The notes beneath the pieces were generated by a model. The model saw only the letters and a list, made by a program, of their open reading frames with translations, made no database searches and had not been told where the DNA came from. DNA of 63,943 bases, counting the filler, from Nemertoderma westbladi (taxonomy: Eukaryota; Animalia; Xenacoelomorpha), in the NCBI GenBank assembly GCA_032718475.1. It is 3 parts of 3 records of this genome, joined end to end, with 100 filler letters (N's around TTAATTAATTAA, not from the genome) between each part and the next. Parts side by side here need not be neighbours in the genome. Positions count along the whole stretch, not along the records: positions 30,275 to 50,273 come from JAUCBJ010004396.1; positions 50,374 to 63,943 come from JAUCBJ010000398.1; 1 more part is not named here. One strand, written 5' to 3'. The stretch's first letter is position 1. Each line of letters starts with the position of its first letter. A program made the translations under genes and the position numbers. Below are positions 38,267 to 51,761 of the stretch, in pieces.

Positions 38267-40660
38267 GACTTGTGGGGCTGCGGGGGCTGGTGCTTTCTTC
38301 TGTATGAGAGTAATAGTGTTTCAATATAAAATGTTAAAGTTGGACAGCTAAGGCCTACTTTACTATCTAGGTAAATTTGGGTTAAATGCAACCCAAACAG
38401 CCGACAGCAGGCAACCGACAAGCTTCAATCGATGCGGACAACCGTCATTATGATCACGAATTAAATTAAACAGTATACTGTAACATGTGCTCTTCAATCG
38501 TGTTTATTGTTTTGGTTAGAATAACCTGACCCTTTCCCTTAACATTTATAAAGTTTTCGGTTTGGTTGTCGGCTGTTGGTTTTCTGCATTTAGCGTAGTT
38601 AGCTTTTATTAGGCGTTCCTTTCTTTACTACCTTCCATACCTTACTATATACAGTGCAAGCACCATCTTCCAGTAATACTATACTGTACAGTACAGTATT
38701 ATACTGTATGTGAGTAGAGAGAGGTGGAGTGTGCATCATGTACTGTAGTGTAAGTACATAATGTAGCTGTGTGAAGTGAAGTCACTCACACATACAGTAT
38801 ACGAGTCAATGTAACATAAAACCCAACAGTAAATTCACAATCAATCCAAGTACATATTTTTAAATATTAAATTACCTTATTTACCTTATTATTGCACAAA
38901 AGTTCATAAAAATGTATTTTGCGAATCATATCGCCATATTTATTCATGGAACAAAATTCTACTTAAATTATTTGCCGGTAACCACTTCGTTATTACCAGC
39001 GGCCCACCCTCCATAATTATGCCGTCTAGGTCTTATCACACTGTTTTATCACACTGAAAATTAACAGTGTACATAATTCATATTTAAATTCTATTCAATA
39101 AACATTGGCTAATTGTAAAGCGAGTAGTTGGTTCTAACTTTGGTGAGCGAGTGAAAATATGGTTTCTAATGTAAATTAAAAAGTATAGTAATGTACGATG
39201 GATATGACTAACTTTTATCATGTGGATATTTTATGATGGCGTCGGATATGAAAATGGGAAATAATCCGCATAAATGATTTATAGCCATTTTGGGGCATTA
39301 GCAAGATACTGTACAGTTGTATCAAAAATAAGGTTCTTTTGCATTCCGAATAAGTTTTGGGGTACCCTCTCTTTTTGCCTAGATTGTCTGGCGTGCAATT
39401 AAGATAATGGAACACAAAATAGATCTTAAACCCCAATATATAAGGAAAGAGAGATAAGGAGACAGTTCCGCATTCAAGGTACAACAAGAACACAGTGGTA
39501 ATACAGTATAATTGACTGTAGCACACCAAGTTGTATATGTTTCCCAAGGGAGTGCCGCAGAAAGTCAAATACAAAAGCGCAGATACAACACACAATATCT
39601 CACTTATCTCACATTAAGGTGTAGATATGTGTATACTGTCATACATTAACATTATACCATACCTAAACTGTACCTAGATTTAACAGGCCACGTCATATTT
39701 ACGATGTGGTGTGGTGTCGTGTTTTAATATTTTGATTTGTTGCAAACTTAAAGACAGATGCAATAACTTTACTATCAACTTGAATTACAAATCCCATGTG
39801 CCACGTCCCTTGTGCCACGCGCCTTGTGCCATGTCCCTTGTTGTGCCATATCCCTTGTGCCACTGTACGATGCACATGAGTAGTGGTGTTATATTCTGAT
39901 TTACCGAGGATGACATCCTGGATCACTGACGTACATTACAGGTGGTGGCCTACCTGAATGGGACATCTTCTAACAAGAGATCATAAATTACAGTCACACA
40001 GACAGTACGTGCTTAGTTGTAGAGTAGACATCAACCTTCAAGGCGGGAAGGGAGGTAGAAAAGGGTCCCAATTTACATACAGTACAGTATAGTTAGTTGG
40101 CAGACTGTTACTGTGACACTAACCTTATTGGGGACTACTGGCAAGAACCTAGGGTCGTAGTCTGCGGATCAGGGAATAGCTACGACGCCCGCATTCTGTA
40201 GTGCAAGAGTGTCACCTTAGTGTAGTTCCATTCTGTTAAAATATAACCTTCGCAGAACCACGCACAATCAAAATCTAGCCTGGCCTCTGTCAGTCTATAG
40301 GTATTAAATAAAAAATATATATCTAATCTACAGTATTTTGCACTCACTCTCTACATTCGTTAGTGCAACAAACACAAAAGCTACCAGCAGACTACAAAGT
40401 CCCAAGTCCTGGGACTGTACACTGTACAGTATAAACACGAACATATGAAACTGACAAGTGTAAATAGTTATTACATGAAAGGTAAACATTAAACAACACA
40501 TACATACAGTAAAGCATGATAACATGCAAATATATTGGTAAAGTACAAATAAACTAAGAAATTACCTCTATTAACAGTTTAAGGTTTTAGCTGTAAAGTG
40601 CTTTACTGTAATACAGCTTATGGACAGGCAAAAGCCATTCGTTTTTTTACTGGAGAGACA

Positions 40661-40693
40661 CTTGAAATTCAAATTACCCGCCGGCGGGAATTT
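40661..40693 (+). promoter_or_regulatory. Putative RRM2 cell-cycle promoter: CHR-like plus palindromic E2F site
   Basis: CTTGAAATTCAAA (TTCAAA = reverse of CHR TTTGAA) adjacent to AAATTACCCGCC|GGCGGGAATTT, ~620 bp upstream of the ATG. Confidence 0.6.
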
Positions 40694-41305
40694 AGCTATT
40701 CATTTTGTATTCCAGGAATTTCCTTCTTTGAGAAAGTCGCCAGCTGTTATCTATTCCAGTAGGTATTCATCTGTCAGTCTGTTGTTAGATAGAGGCTATC
40801 TTGCTGTAAAGTTTTGCAGTACTGCTGTACTGCAGTAGGCCTAAATCTATATATTACTATGTACTGTACTGTATATACCGATATAGGCATATACTGCATA
40901 ATATGCAGGCTATAAAGATAGTCAGATTGTGGGTTGTAGGCCTAATGCTGTAATGCAGTACAGTAGGCCTAATGGTGCATGACAACGACAGCTCTCATTA
41001 CTGCATTAGGCCTAGCATGATTGCCATGATTCCTGTACCTCTGTCTGTCTGTACCGGCACTACTAACCGGTCACCACACCATCTGAACATTGCAGTAATC
41101 TTCAGTCAGTATCAACAGATCTAGCAGTCTAGGCCAAATTCTGAAATTGCAGCTGTGTGTGTTGTGTATCATTTACAGCATTATCATCATTCCCTGATTC
41201 ATTTCTCCACACAGCTACATCTCCTGATCTCATCTTCTTTAACTTTTAACTTTTCCACATCTTGTAACCCCCTGCATCCCTGTGTTTCATATTTTTGGAG
41301 TTGCT

Positions 41306-41845
41306 ATGGAAACAGAATCCCCCCAGAAATTCCAGAAAGTCGCACCGATTTCCCCATTCCAAAAACTAGTCGTAGAAAAATCCGAGAGCCCGCGCAAAAT
41401 CTTATCTCCTAGGAAACGGATCGCTGCGAATACAGACATCGACTCATTGAAACAAATGACCGCGTCGTCTCCAAATAAGTTAGTGAAGGAGAACCTGGAA
41501 GTTGTGCACGAAAGCAAGGAGAACATAGTCGACAATGTGGACAGTAAGGTTGACAAGGTCGAGGATAAAGTCTTAGAGAAGTATAGCGACGAGCCTTTAC
41601 TACGAGCCAATCCTAGTCGGTTTGTTATCTTCCCAATCCAGTACCACGATATATGGCAGATGTACAAGAAGGCTGAGGCCTCATTCTGGACGGTAGAAGA
41701 AGTCGATCTCTCCAAGGACATGATGCATTGGGAATCGTTGAAGGACGGGGAGAGACACTTTATTTCTCACGTTCTCGCATTCTTTGCAGCTTCCGATGGG
41801 ATTGTTAACGAGAATCTCGCGGAGAGGTTTATGAGCGATGTGCAG
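41306..41845 (+). CDS. RRM2: Ribonucleotide reductase small subunit, coding exon 1
   Basis: [43 protein letters not shown]...[13 protein letters not shown]; two KEN motifs; donor GTTCGT at 41846. Confidence 0.95.
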
Positions 41846-42411
41846 GTTCGTCTAGTTTGTCGAATTAATCGATAATTATTGAAAATATAATATGTTGATC
41901 GGAGATATAATTTTTCCATTACAAATTCTGCCTAAATTTATCTTAACTTAGTACTATTATTCCACATTAACAGCATCAGCCGGCCAATCTGCCAATCATA
42001 AAACCACTATCCATTGTATGTGTAACGCCTTTCACATTTTGAATGACCTCTGAATGACTTCCTTGGAACTTATAAGTTTTGTGCAAAAGAAGCCCTGCTG
42101 CTATTTTTATGTAATTTGTACTGCAACACTTACATTAACATTAAGTTATATTAAAGAACGCATCTCCCTCACTTTCTCTATCGTAGAAATATTATCCTTC
42201 AAAAAAAGTAACGATTAGGAATGTCATAAATAATTAATTTTATGCCAAAACTTAAATTTTTTCATTTAATAATCGTTATGGAGTTACAAAAATTGCTACT
42301 TTTTCTTAATCAATGATATAATAGCATTATATTCCAGTTATTATTTAGATATTCTGGAACTTATTTTGTCTAATTTCCTATTGTGTTTTGACTTTTATTT
42401 TTACTCTGTAG

Positions 42412-43119
42412 ATTCCGGAAGCTCGTTGTTTCTACGGCTTCCAGATCGCCATGGAGAACGTGCACTCGGAGATGTACTCGCTGCTAATCGACACCTACAT
42501 CCGGGACTCTTCCGAGAAACAACGGCTCTTCAACGCGGTCGAGACGATGCCCTGCGTCAAACAGAAAGCGGACTGGGCGCTGCGATGGATCGGGGATGAT
42601 ACCTCGACGTACGCCGAGAGAGTCGTCGGATTCGCCGCGGTGGAAGGCGTCTTCTTCTCTGGCTCCTTCGCCGCCATATTCTGGTTGAAGAAACGCGGAT
42701 TGATGCCGGGGTTGACGTTCAGTAACGAGTTAATCTCGCGGGATGAAGGTCTGCATTGCGACTTCGCGTGTTTAATGTTCCGACATCTCGTTAATAAACC
42801 GACGGCCGAACGCGTTCAGTCGATTATTCGCGACGCGGTGGTTATCGAGCAGCGCTTCCTCACGGAAGCGCTCCCCGTCGATTTAATCGGGATGAATTGC
42901 CGATTAATGACTCGGTACATCGAGTTCGTGGCCGATCGATTGCTTCTCGAGCTCGGCTCCGATAGGATTTACAACGTCGAGAATCCCTTCGATTTCATGG
43001 AGAACATCTCGTTGGAAGGGAAGACCAACTTCTTCGAGAAACGCGTCGGCGAGTACCAGAAGGCGGGGGTTATGAGTCGCGCGGAGGATAAGGTTTTCAC
43101 ACTTGACGCTGATTTCTGA
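42412..43119 (+). CDS. RRM2: Ribonucleotide reductase small subunit, coding exon 2
   Basis: tgtag acceptor; [22 protein letters not shown]...[11 protein letters not shown]...[10 protein letters not shown]...FTLDADF stop; spliced product 415 aa. Confidence 0.97.
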   Translation: MPEARCFYGFQIAMENVHSEMYSLLIDTYIRDSSEKQRLFNAVETMPCVKQKADWALRWIGDDTSTYAERVVGFAAVEGVFFSGSFAAIFWLKKRGLMPGLTFSNELISRDEGLHCDFACLMFRHLVNKPTAERVQSIIRDAVVIEQRFLTEALPVDLIGMNCRLMTRYIEFVADRLLLELGSDRIYNVENPFDFMENISLEGKTNFFEKRVGEYQKAGVMSRAEDKVFTLDADF

Positions 43120-44329
43120 GCGTCTGTAACTCTGTAACTCAACTCTGTAACTACGTCTAACAGCCTTCCTCATTACTCTACTTAGCTCTCCAGCTCTGGT
43201 ATATTTATTATAAAAACCCTAGAAACTTTCTTAGTTTATAGTAAAAGTGGTTTTTGTTTAGCTAAAGTTCCTTTACTGCCATAAAACGGTCTCCTCGAAT
43301 TAGTCAACATCATCAATTTCAATTAACTTGAATTGTTTAAAATAAATTGTCTCTTATTTATTTCGGAATTGGCAACTTGATTTTTAATGTTTCTCTATTA
43401 TTATTGTTATTCCTTGTCGTTTATTTTCATACTATAATGTCACTATTTTGTATTTATCACTTTCATAACGTCTGTTTGCCGATTTGTAACTGAATATTTT
43501 CAGATTAAATCACGCGAACTTTACTTACTATTAAACTAAACAATATCTGTATTATATTAAAGTGCAATCAATAATATGTAAATGAAACTTATTTTTATTA
43601 TCTCAATATTATTCAAACTGGTGTATTTTTTATTTTATAATCTCGAACTTTAATCACTTATACTATTATTCGATATTGTATTTTATCGATTTAACTAAAA
43701 CCAAGTTTTCTATCAGTTTTAGTTTTTACTGCCTCTTTAAAAATAAAACAATAATTATTTATTATTTTTATGAAGTTCCCATAATTCTAGAACGTAATTA
43801 ATAATATAAATAGTTAGTGATGTATTGTATAACAACTGTAGGTCTATTTCACATGTTACCGGTACTTATACTCCATCGGGTTATGAAAACTTTGTCCAGT
43901 TTGGTTTTTAATACTAACACGTTTGTAGTTTTGTTTGTTTGTATCTTGTTTGGTTTTCTTTAAAATGCGATGCAATTTACAACGGAAGTATTTTGTCACA
44001 AACGTCATCTAATAAAAAACATTTAGTTAACTAAATATATTTTTATTTAAACAACCCGGGACAGTAATCTCGTCCTCCCCCGATCCGCTCTCTTACATAA
44101 CAATATTTACTTAAAATATTTTAATTTTAATTGATTTGAATTAATTATAATTTTATTTATTTGAATCAATTTCAGATTGTTTTTAAGTAACTGTGATCGC
44201 TTTTTTGGATTAAAGTTAAACAGGCGCTCTCAATACATCCGTTTGTTTAACAATAAAAAGGCATTACAATTTTGAAATAATTCAATGATGATTTAAAAAA
44301 TTCCACTCGCTCCGCCCGCGCTTTTTACT

Positions 44330-44992
44330 CCCGTCTGCACAGGCAGTCCTCTGATAATCTACAGGAGCTAATAAACCAACAGGTTGATGCCATCAATGAT
44401 GCTGACGACAGCAGGCAATCATCCCAGGCATGGAGATCGATCAATTTGCTTACTGGGCGGAAAAGCCAACCAACTACCAACGTTAAGGCTGAATCACCAG
44501 TCGATCGACTCAATGGTTGGAAGGCCCACTTAGAAAAGCTCCTCAATAATGACAGGGTATTTATTGCCTGATAACTTTATAGAAGTAAAAGTGTCTGAGT
44601 CTGTACTCCCAGATATTCCCATTGGCGATATCTCCTTTGCAGAAATGGAGGCTGCTGCAAAGAGCATTAAGACCAATCGTGCCAGAAGAGTATATGGTGT
44701 CCGACCTGGAGATTTTAAAATGCCGTAGTGTTTGGAGCTCATCTATCCCATCATAGTAGACATGTACCGAACAACAAGAGTCCTACAAGAAATGAAAACA
44801 AATAAGTTGGTACCAGTTTTTCCCAAGAAGGGCAACCTAACACTCTATGGTTCTTTTCGGGGAATCTCATTGATCTCGATTGCTGCAAAGCTATACAATA
44901 GAATTCTATTAAATCGCATCAGGGATCCCATTGAGAGACTGCTCCGTGGAAATCATAATGGGTTCCGTAAAGGTCGTGGGACCATGGAGCCC
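44330..44992 (+). mobile_element. Internal fragment of the same RTE-like LINE family
   Basis: Near-identical to the reverse complement of ~35535-36014 (DRLNGWKAH...QNGFRKGRGTMEP), with frameshifts. Confidence 0.88.
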
Positions 44993-45504
44993 AGTTTCGG
45001 AACAGGGGGGAAACTGGACGCAAAACTCGCCTTGGCGAATTAATATCCCGCCTCAATGTTAAATTATCAATTTAGGGAAAGGGGCAGGTTACAGTGGGAC
45101 GTTATTTTAACCAAAACAATAAACTAAGCACAATACAACAGGTTACAGTTTTATTTTTGAGAATAATCAGCTGTTATTTGCGTCGAATTTCCCCTGGAGA
45201 GGGATGAATTTTTATTGCGTCGAGTTCCCCCCCCCCCCCCCCCCCCCCCTATCTGCAGTTTCGAAGTGTTATGGGGTTATATATATCTTATTATTATTTT
45301 TATAATTTTAATATGGTAGTTTAGCTTACTATGTAAATATAGAAAACGAAGACATTTTTTTTTTCGTTTTCTATATATTTACCATGCAATAATAAATTAA
45401 TATTTAGTAATACTATAACTATACTATAACTATAATTACGCGTTCTGCCCAAAGTCGTTTTATTTGTAAATTTACTTTGCATTTTATTTTAATGTTAAAT
45501 ATAA

Positions 45505-45545
45505 TCCGCTGAAGACACCCGCAATGGGAGAAATGCGCATACGGA
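45505..45545 (+). ncRNA. Minimal type-I hammerhead ribozyme-like motif (Penelope pLTR type)
   Basis: TCCG-CTGAAGA-CA-CCC gcaat GGG-A-GAA-ATGCGCAT-A-CGGA: stem I TCCG/CGGA, core boxes, palindromic stem III, AUA cleavage triplet. Confidence 0.6.
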
Positions 45546-47473
45546 CATACTGTTTCTTCTTAAATATACGTCGAGGCAAGACCCTCACCTCAGTTCAACC
45601 TTCCCTGCAGCCCCCTGGAGGCTCAACATATAATACAGTACGATCAGGTCCTCGCCACGCTCGATCCTCGACCTCAATCCGCATCACACGCAATTTTTGA
45701 CTACGGGACATGCATACAGTAAGGTACAGTACTAGTTTATTAATAATTTACTATACTTAATATTAATTTTTATAAATTGAGAATTGATATAACAATTCAA
45801 ACAAATAATTGAACAAATAAACAAATCAAATAATTACAAATAAAGCAAGTAGGCCTACAAATTTTAATTTCCCGACACACCTGGTTTTTCCAGTAGGGAA
45901 ATAATCAGTAAAAAGTCAGTAAAATAATTCCAGCCCTATATGTAACCCGTTGGTAATACAATATGTGAGATCAGACCGCTTATTCCCCAAAGAGCTCACA
46001 CGGGGATAGACCAGCAGTCGCCAAGAGACGCCGCATTGCCTACCAGAATGGCCATGACAGTGCGCTGCAGTATAACGGTGTGGAGACGTGAACCGAACTG
46101 CTGCGCTGGAGGAAGCAGGATGTCTCTGGACCGAGGCGGCTTATGGTCTCGAAGGCACGATGGTCACCCCCGCAAAGGTCGAGTTGTTCCCCTGCCCCCC
46201 CCCCCCCCCCTGCAGCATCGCTGTCCCCTGCTACATATGAGGATCTGCTGGCACTGTGGCATCACAGGCCCTGGGACCATGGCACGAGGGTCACCCCATC
46301 TACCCGCTTCCCACCATTTCGACAGAGTTCCAAGGAAAGAAGGTTGCAGTATAGAAGGAACCCCATGGCTGCCCAGCGCTCGCCTCACTATGTCATTTAT
46401 AAGGAACCGACCAGCGCTCCTCCATCAAAAGAGTCCATGTAGACCATTGGAGGAAACTGGACTACCGCAACGATCGCAGGTGTGGGTGTGGGGAGGCATC
46501 CCACTGCTGCGTTTTTTAACGCAATGCGTTTTTCTTTCAGAGCTTGCGATAAGACCACTTTTTTTTTCCGAAAACTATCAAATTTTGCGTTTTTTTCTTG
46601 AAATTTAGAGAATGTTTGTCCCACATATCCCACATATTAAAACCTAAAAGTTTGTAAGAAGGTGCAAATTATAATTTGTACTGTAGTAAGTTCGTTTTGT
46701 GCAATATTCACTACTATCTCATACTGTATAAGAATTTCTATTTAAGCAACAGATGTACCACTACCGGTTACCAATTCATTATCTGATTCAGTGATTGATA
46801 ATGGCTGCGATCTGCAGTTGAAATATATTTCTTTTGCCTAGGCCCTACCGTACTGCCGTACCGATTCGAATTGTATAAATAGTACCTAATATACTGCTTG
46901 ACAATTATATTTTATACTCCGAATTAAACTTATTATTTTCTTACTTATTCTTTTTAGAATAGTATTTTGCAGGTAGTGCTTTTTTTACCGCTATGTTTGA
47001 AGCTCATTAGGTGGTTGATGATGTACTGAGATAACGAAATGCGTTCTGATCGTAGAACGTGTTCCGAAGAGGAACACACGGGTTCGTTGGCGGATCGCAG
47101 GGAGTCCTCGCGGGTGTAAACGATACTCCGACAGCGCAGACAACCGACAAACCGCGGTCATGAACTAAAATAACACCGCAACATGTGCTATTGTCTCTCA
47201 CATATTGTTCTACTGTATAGTGAGAATTACAGTAAGCCTAGCTGTAACTGTAACCCGTCCCTTCCTTTTAAACATTTACAACTGTTATCGGTTGTGTGGT
47301 GTTGTTCGCTGTAGGTTTTCGTCGTAGCGTTTATACCCCAGCTGAGTTTATAATTAGTAGTATCAAACGGATAATACTGTACACGAATCTGGACCGAACT
47401 GAACCGAACTGGATCGAAAGAGTGGCGAACTGGACCGCCAAATGAAAGATAACCTAAAAACAACCATCCATGC

Positions 47474-48674
47474 TGTAAAAGCTTTTGTGGGATAACTGAT
47501 ACGTTTGCCTTTGCTGGCCAGTTCCCCCCCAGTCGCTAGAATACTCTCAAAGGGATTTATAACTAAAATAGTGCAAGCTACCAGCTTATTGGCTGATGTG
47601 CTGTACGGAGATATCTGGGCTCAGTTTAATCGGCCAACTAGCTTAGAGAGGTTGCCTTAGCCTTGCTGTCGTGTCGGCCAATAGAATTTGCGTAGGCGTT
47701 GATTTCGACCTATCCCAGCGCTACTGAACTGAATTTCCTATCTCTATGCTCATCCTCTGTGTTGAACGGGGCTTCGTGGAATAAGAGTTTTTGGTATACT
47801 CGTATAGTGGTAGTAGTCATATGATTTTATATGATTCTGTTGTTGTGTTCCCATTTTCGCCATAACACCGGCTTTTGGGAAGAACTCTAGTAAAACTGCT
47901 TAAATTATCGAAAGTATAAACTGTTACCTAACTCACGAATCCTACCGAATCTTAACTCACTATTAATCATATTGTTTGTACTGTTAGTTGCCGTCAGTTA
48001 TTAATTGTACCTATTTGTTGATGGAAATATTGCTCTTTGGATAATACGGATAAATCTCCCAAATTTCCCAATTTTCTTGATACACTACAGGTTAGAGAGA
48101 CAGGCTATACATAACAATTGCGATTTATATTAATGTGGTGTGTATTGAATCTAATGTTATTTAGCAGACCCTACATGAGTCAATTGCTACTCTCTTTATG
48201 TGTGATCAAATATACTGACGGTCGGCAGAATAGTGTGCATGATTGTGATTGGTAACAAAGTATTTCCTAAAGAATACGCTTTATACTTTAATCATAAGCA
48301 GTATCGTTGCGTTTAGTATAAGTCCTAGCTCTGTTTAAATAGATAGAGCGCCACGTCCTAAAGGAACTGTTAATATTTCCCGAAAGCCAATAATATCTGT
48401 CAGGAATTAATTATTAACGATCTATCGAATAATACAGTAAGTTTACGCTGCAACCTTACACTGCAATAACAAAATTTAAGCATCCGAATTCAGCCTCCCG
48501 GGTGTAGATCCATCGGGTGAATGATCGCGCATGGGCTGACTTCGGCTAATGTTTTGTGTATTAGCATAAATTGTTGTCGTATGCTAAAGGTGTTTTAATT
48601 AACTAAAAGACATATAAATTTTGGCAGGTTAAACTGCTAAAGGTCTTCAAAAGTGCGAACAGTAACAGTTTACG
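47474..48674 (+). mobile_element. LTR copy 2 (diverged)
   Basis: TGTAAAAGCTTTTGTGGGATAACTGAT start shared with 51762; colinear blocks through to ...GCGAACA...TTTACG. Confidence 0.65.
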
Positions 48675-48974
48675 ATCTTATTGCAGTAGGCAATAAGGTT
48701 GCAAAATACCGTAGTAACCGGTATTTCTGTAGGTCTGTAGGCCCAACTGTCCTAACCGGTACTGCTGTATAAGTACATTAGTATTATTCGATCTTGATTA
48801 TTGTATACCGGTAGGTCTCGATATTAAATCGGGGACGCCTGGTTTTTATTGGGATTTTACTTAGGTCTATTTCTGTCAGTTTTATTGAGCAGAAGGCGTG
48901 TGACCCTGCTCAGATTGTTCAGATAATTGTAGGCTGAGCTGCTGTCTGACTGTGTTGAGTTTGGAGAGATTACG

Positions 48975-49437
48975 GCGTGTGTAGAGTTTGTCTGATCAAG
49001 TGCCGTTAGTAAGTTGGGGCAGCCATATGCGGTAAGGTCAATCCCCTCTTAAAGAATAAGTCGTACTACCGTGTTAGAACGCATACTAACTAACTGTTTC
49101 AGAATCTGCATATACTGTAGTTTATTTAGGCTTGATCGTAGTCTGCCAGTGTTTTAGCCTGTGTTTGTTTGTGTGGTCTGTTCAGGTACCGTAATAGTTA
49201 TTACTCAGATATTTTGTAGGCTGGATTGTTGTCTAGCTATTCTTAGGCCTGAAGGGATTGCTGCGTGTGTAGAGTTGGTCTGATAAAGTGCCGTTAGTAA
49301 GTTGGGGCAGCCATATGCTGTAAGGTCAATCCCCTCTTAAAGAATAAGTCGTACTACCGTGTTAGAACGCATACTAACTAACAGTTTCAGAATCTGCACA
49401 TACTGTAGTTTGTTTAGGCTTGATAGTAGTCTGCCAG
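48975..49437 (+). repeat. Direct duplication of ~175 bp (48975-49149 / 49263-49437)
   Basis: GCGTGTGTAGAG...GTCTGCCAG repeated at 288-bp offset; possibly the leader region of the LTR element. Confidence 0.85.
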
Positions 49438-50273
49438 CGTTTGGTTTGTATTTTGTTTGAGTATTCTGTACGGGTAGCGTGATATTTATTATTCAGAGTT
49501 TACGCGATTATTCGCAACATTCATGTCCCCAAGTTTATTCCTACAGTAATTGTGCTTGTTATACATACCGTTATAGTTAAATTAACCCCGGTACTACACG
49601 GGCTGCTTGGCGTAGGACAAGACTGGTGACTCTGTGCTCTGGTCACTCCAGCAGATGCCGTGGTTCTTTTAACTGTTCAAGTATATTTAACTACTGATTA
49701 TTTGTTATACCGGTACTTGTACCTAATTTAGGGTTTAGTGTACAGTGCTTTCCGAAGTAATTAGTGTAGGCAGTATATTTGTGTTGTAAAGTGGTTGATA
49801 GGCACATTCGTTAGCTCTATTAGCTTCTGGGTAGGAACAATCCGTGATACATAACGTAGTACCTATAGCGATACGGTTATAGGTCGTCAGGCGGTGGTAT
49901 TTTCCTATCTGGACAGTACAGTATATTTACTACTACTTATTATTTCAAATACCGTAGTACCCTGTCCGTTGTAATAACCAGAAATCTAACCCTTTGTTAG
50001 GCTGGTTTGTAGACTTCCTGTAAAATTACCCTAAAAATTTCGTACGTAATATTTTTGTTGTGTTTAATTAGAGAATTAATCTCACCCGTATCGTAAGTAA
50101 TTTGTAGTATTAAGTAACTTAGGTAAATTAGAATTATCAGTTTTAGTGTCAAATAAATAGCACTTCACTGAGAGCGTACCGCTTCTGTGTAGTGACTCCC
50201 CCAGAAATAATAACATTTATTTCAAATATTGACAAAACCCTTTTAAACGGGTATATATCTATTATAAATCAAC

Positions 50274-50373
50274 NNNNNNNNNNNNNNNNNNNNNNNNNNN
50301 NNNNNNNNNNNNNNNNNTTAATTAATTAANNNNNNNNNNNNNNNNNNNNNNNNNNNNNNNNNNNNNNNNNNNN
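50274..50373. other. Artificial contig spacer
   Basis: N44 + TTAATTAATTAA + N44. Confidence 0.97.
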
Positions 50374-51761
50374 TTTACAAGCGTTTGTTGATAGCTTAAT
50401 ACGCGGCGACGTTAGTCCAACTGCTGCGGAGGACGATGGTCGTTATATCGAACCGCCAATGTCCCAAGAGCAGCTCACGCGTGGGTTGGACTATAGAAAA
50501 TTCGCTGCTCGCTATACGCATCGTAATGGTACGTATATGGACTTCTTAACTACCGGCCATTCTATCGATTTACACGATACGGACGATGTAGACACAAAAA
50601 GGGAAATGGTATTATTTAAATATCCTACCCAGCGGAGTCGTAACAATAAACTGAAATTCGAATGCGAAAATTCTATTCGAAATCGACTCGAAAGAAAGGA
50701 CGTTCAAGAAGCTGATAAACGCGGTAACTCCAATGTATATTTAGAATTCTTGAAGAGAAGCATTGTAACACCAAATAAATATCACCCACGTTTCCCCTAT
50801 AAGACGTGTGTCTTGGTATTATTACGATGAATGCCCAAGACCAACCAACAAACGGAAAGACATGAACACCAGTGGAGACGTTGCTTTGAACGCGGTTTGC
50901 TCGCTGTGTTTGCGGGAGTTTCGGGAGAAACTTGTTCGATGTGTTACCCACGCTCTCTCGACTCAGGCGATCCTTGAGTAGACCTATGATCTGAGTTCCG
51001 GAATGCTCGGTCAGACCTCCTCATTCCTTAGTTAGACCTCAGACTCTTGATCCTAACAGTATCACGGATTATCACGAACTGTACTTACCGTTCAGAGATC
51101 CAGTGTTACCCGAACCGTTAGTCGGTGGCACTCATGGTTGTGGGCTCCTTAAATATCCGCCCATCTTACCTGGCCGGATTGGGGCACGGGCATCCGATAT
51201 CGCCATTCAATCGTATAATCGGAATCGTTCCCGTTTAACACGATACCACCTGTCATCAAGGTGGAGGAGAGCGTTGTACGAAAAGAGATAGACGCTATTC
51301 TACAAAGATCAGAAAAGAAATCTACGTTTGCTCAGATAAACCTAAATTATAACAGCAAGTCCAAGCGGTAAACGGATTGGCTTTATCCCAGTTCGATTGG
51401 GAAATCCATAGTCTCTAAGACGATATTGAACATGGACGACCCTATTCTCGGCGAGAGTTTTAGACGAACGTATCCAACGATGAGCGGAGGAAAATCAGCT
51501 CGAGGAGAAACATATTGAAACGGCGGATACCCCGACTATAATCCCACGCCTTCTGATGCAATCATATTGCACCCTTCACCCAGGAGTTATAGCCCTCCTT
51601 GTAAAGTGGCTCGCCCCAAAGAGAAAAAGACTCTTGCTAGCTTTAAAAAACTGCGTAAACGCCGTCTCCGCAAGAAAGACTAACTGTTTAGAGTATTCTC
51701 GTATTTTAGAAACTGTGATTTTGTATATTTTATAGACTTAAATCCCATTTTCTGGGAGCGG
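50374..51761 (+). mobile_element. 3' internal region of the LTR element (second copy)
   Basis: Colinear with 1-1229; PPT-like GGGAGCGG before the LTR. Confidence 0.6.

Noticed and set aside
46036-46608. 190-aa and overlapping ORFs
   Set aside because: Cross a poly-C run, TTG start, no recognisable motif; probably decayed repeat sequence
30175-50373. Linkage between the genes of the three segments; TTAATTAATTAA as a biological motif
   Set aside because: Synthetic spacers; adjacency across them is not evidence of genomic linkage
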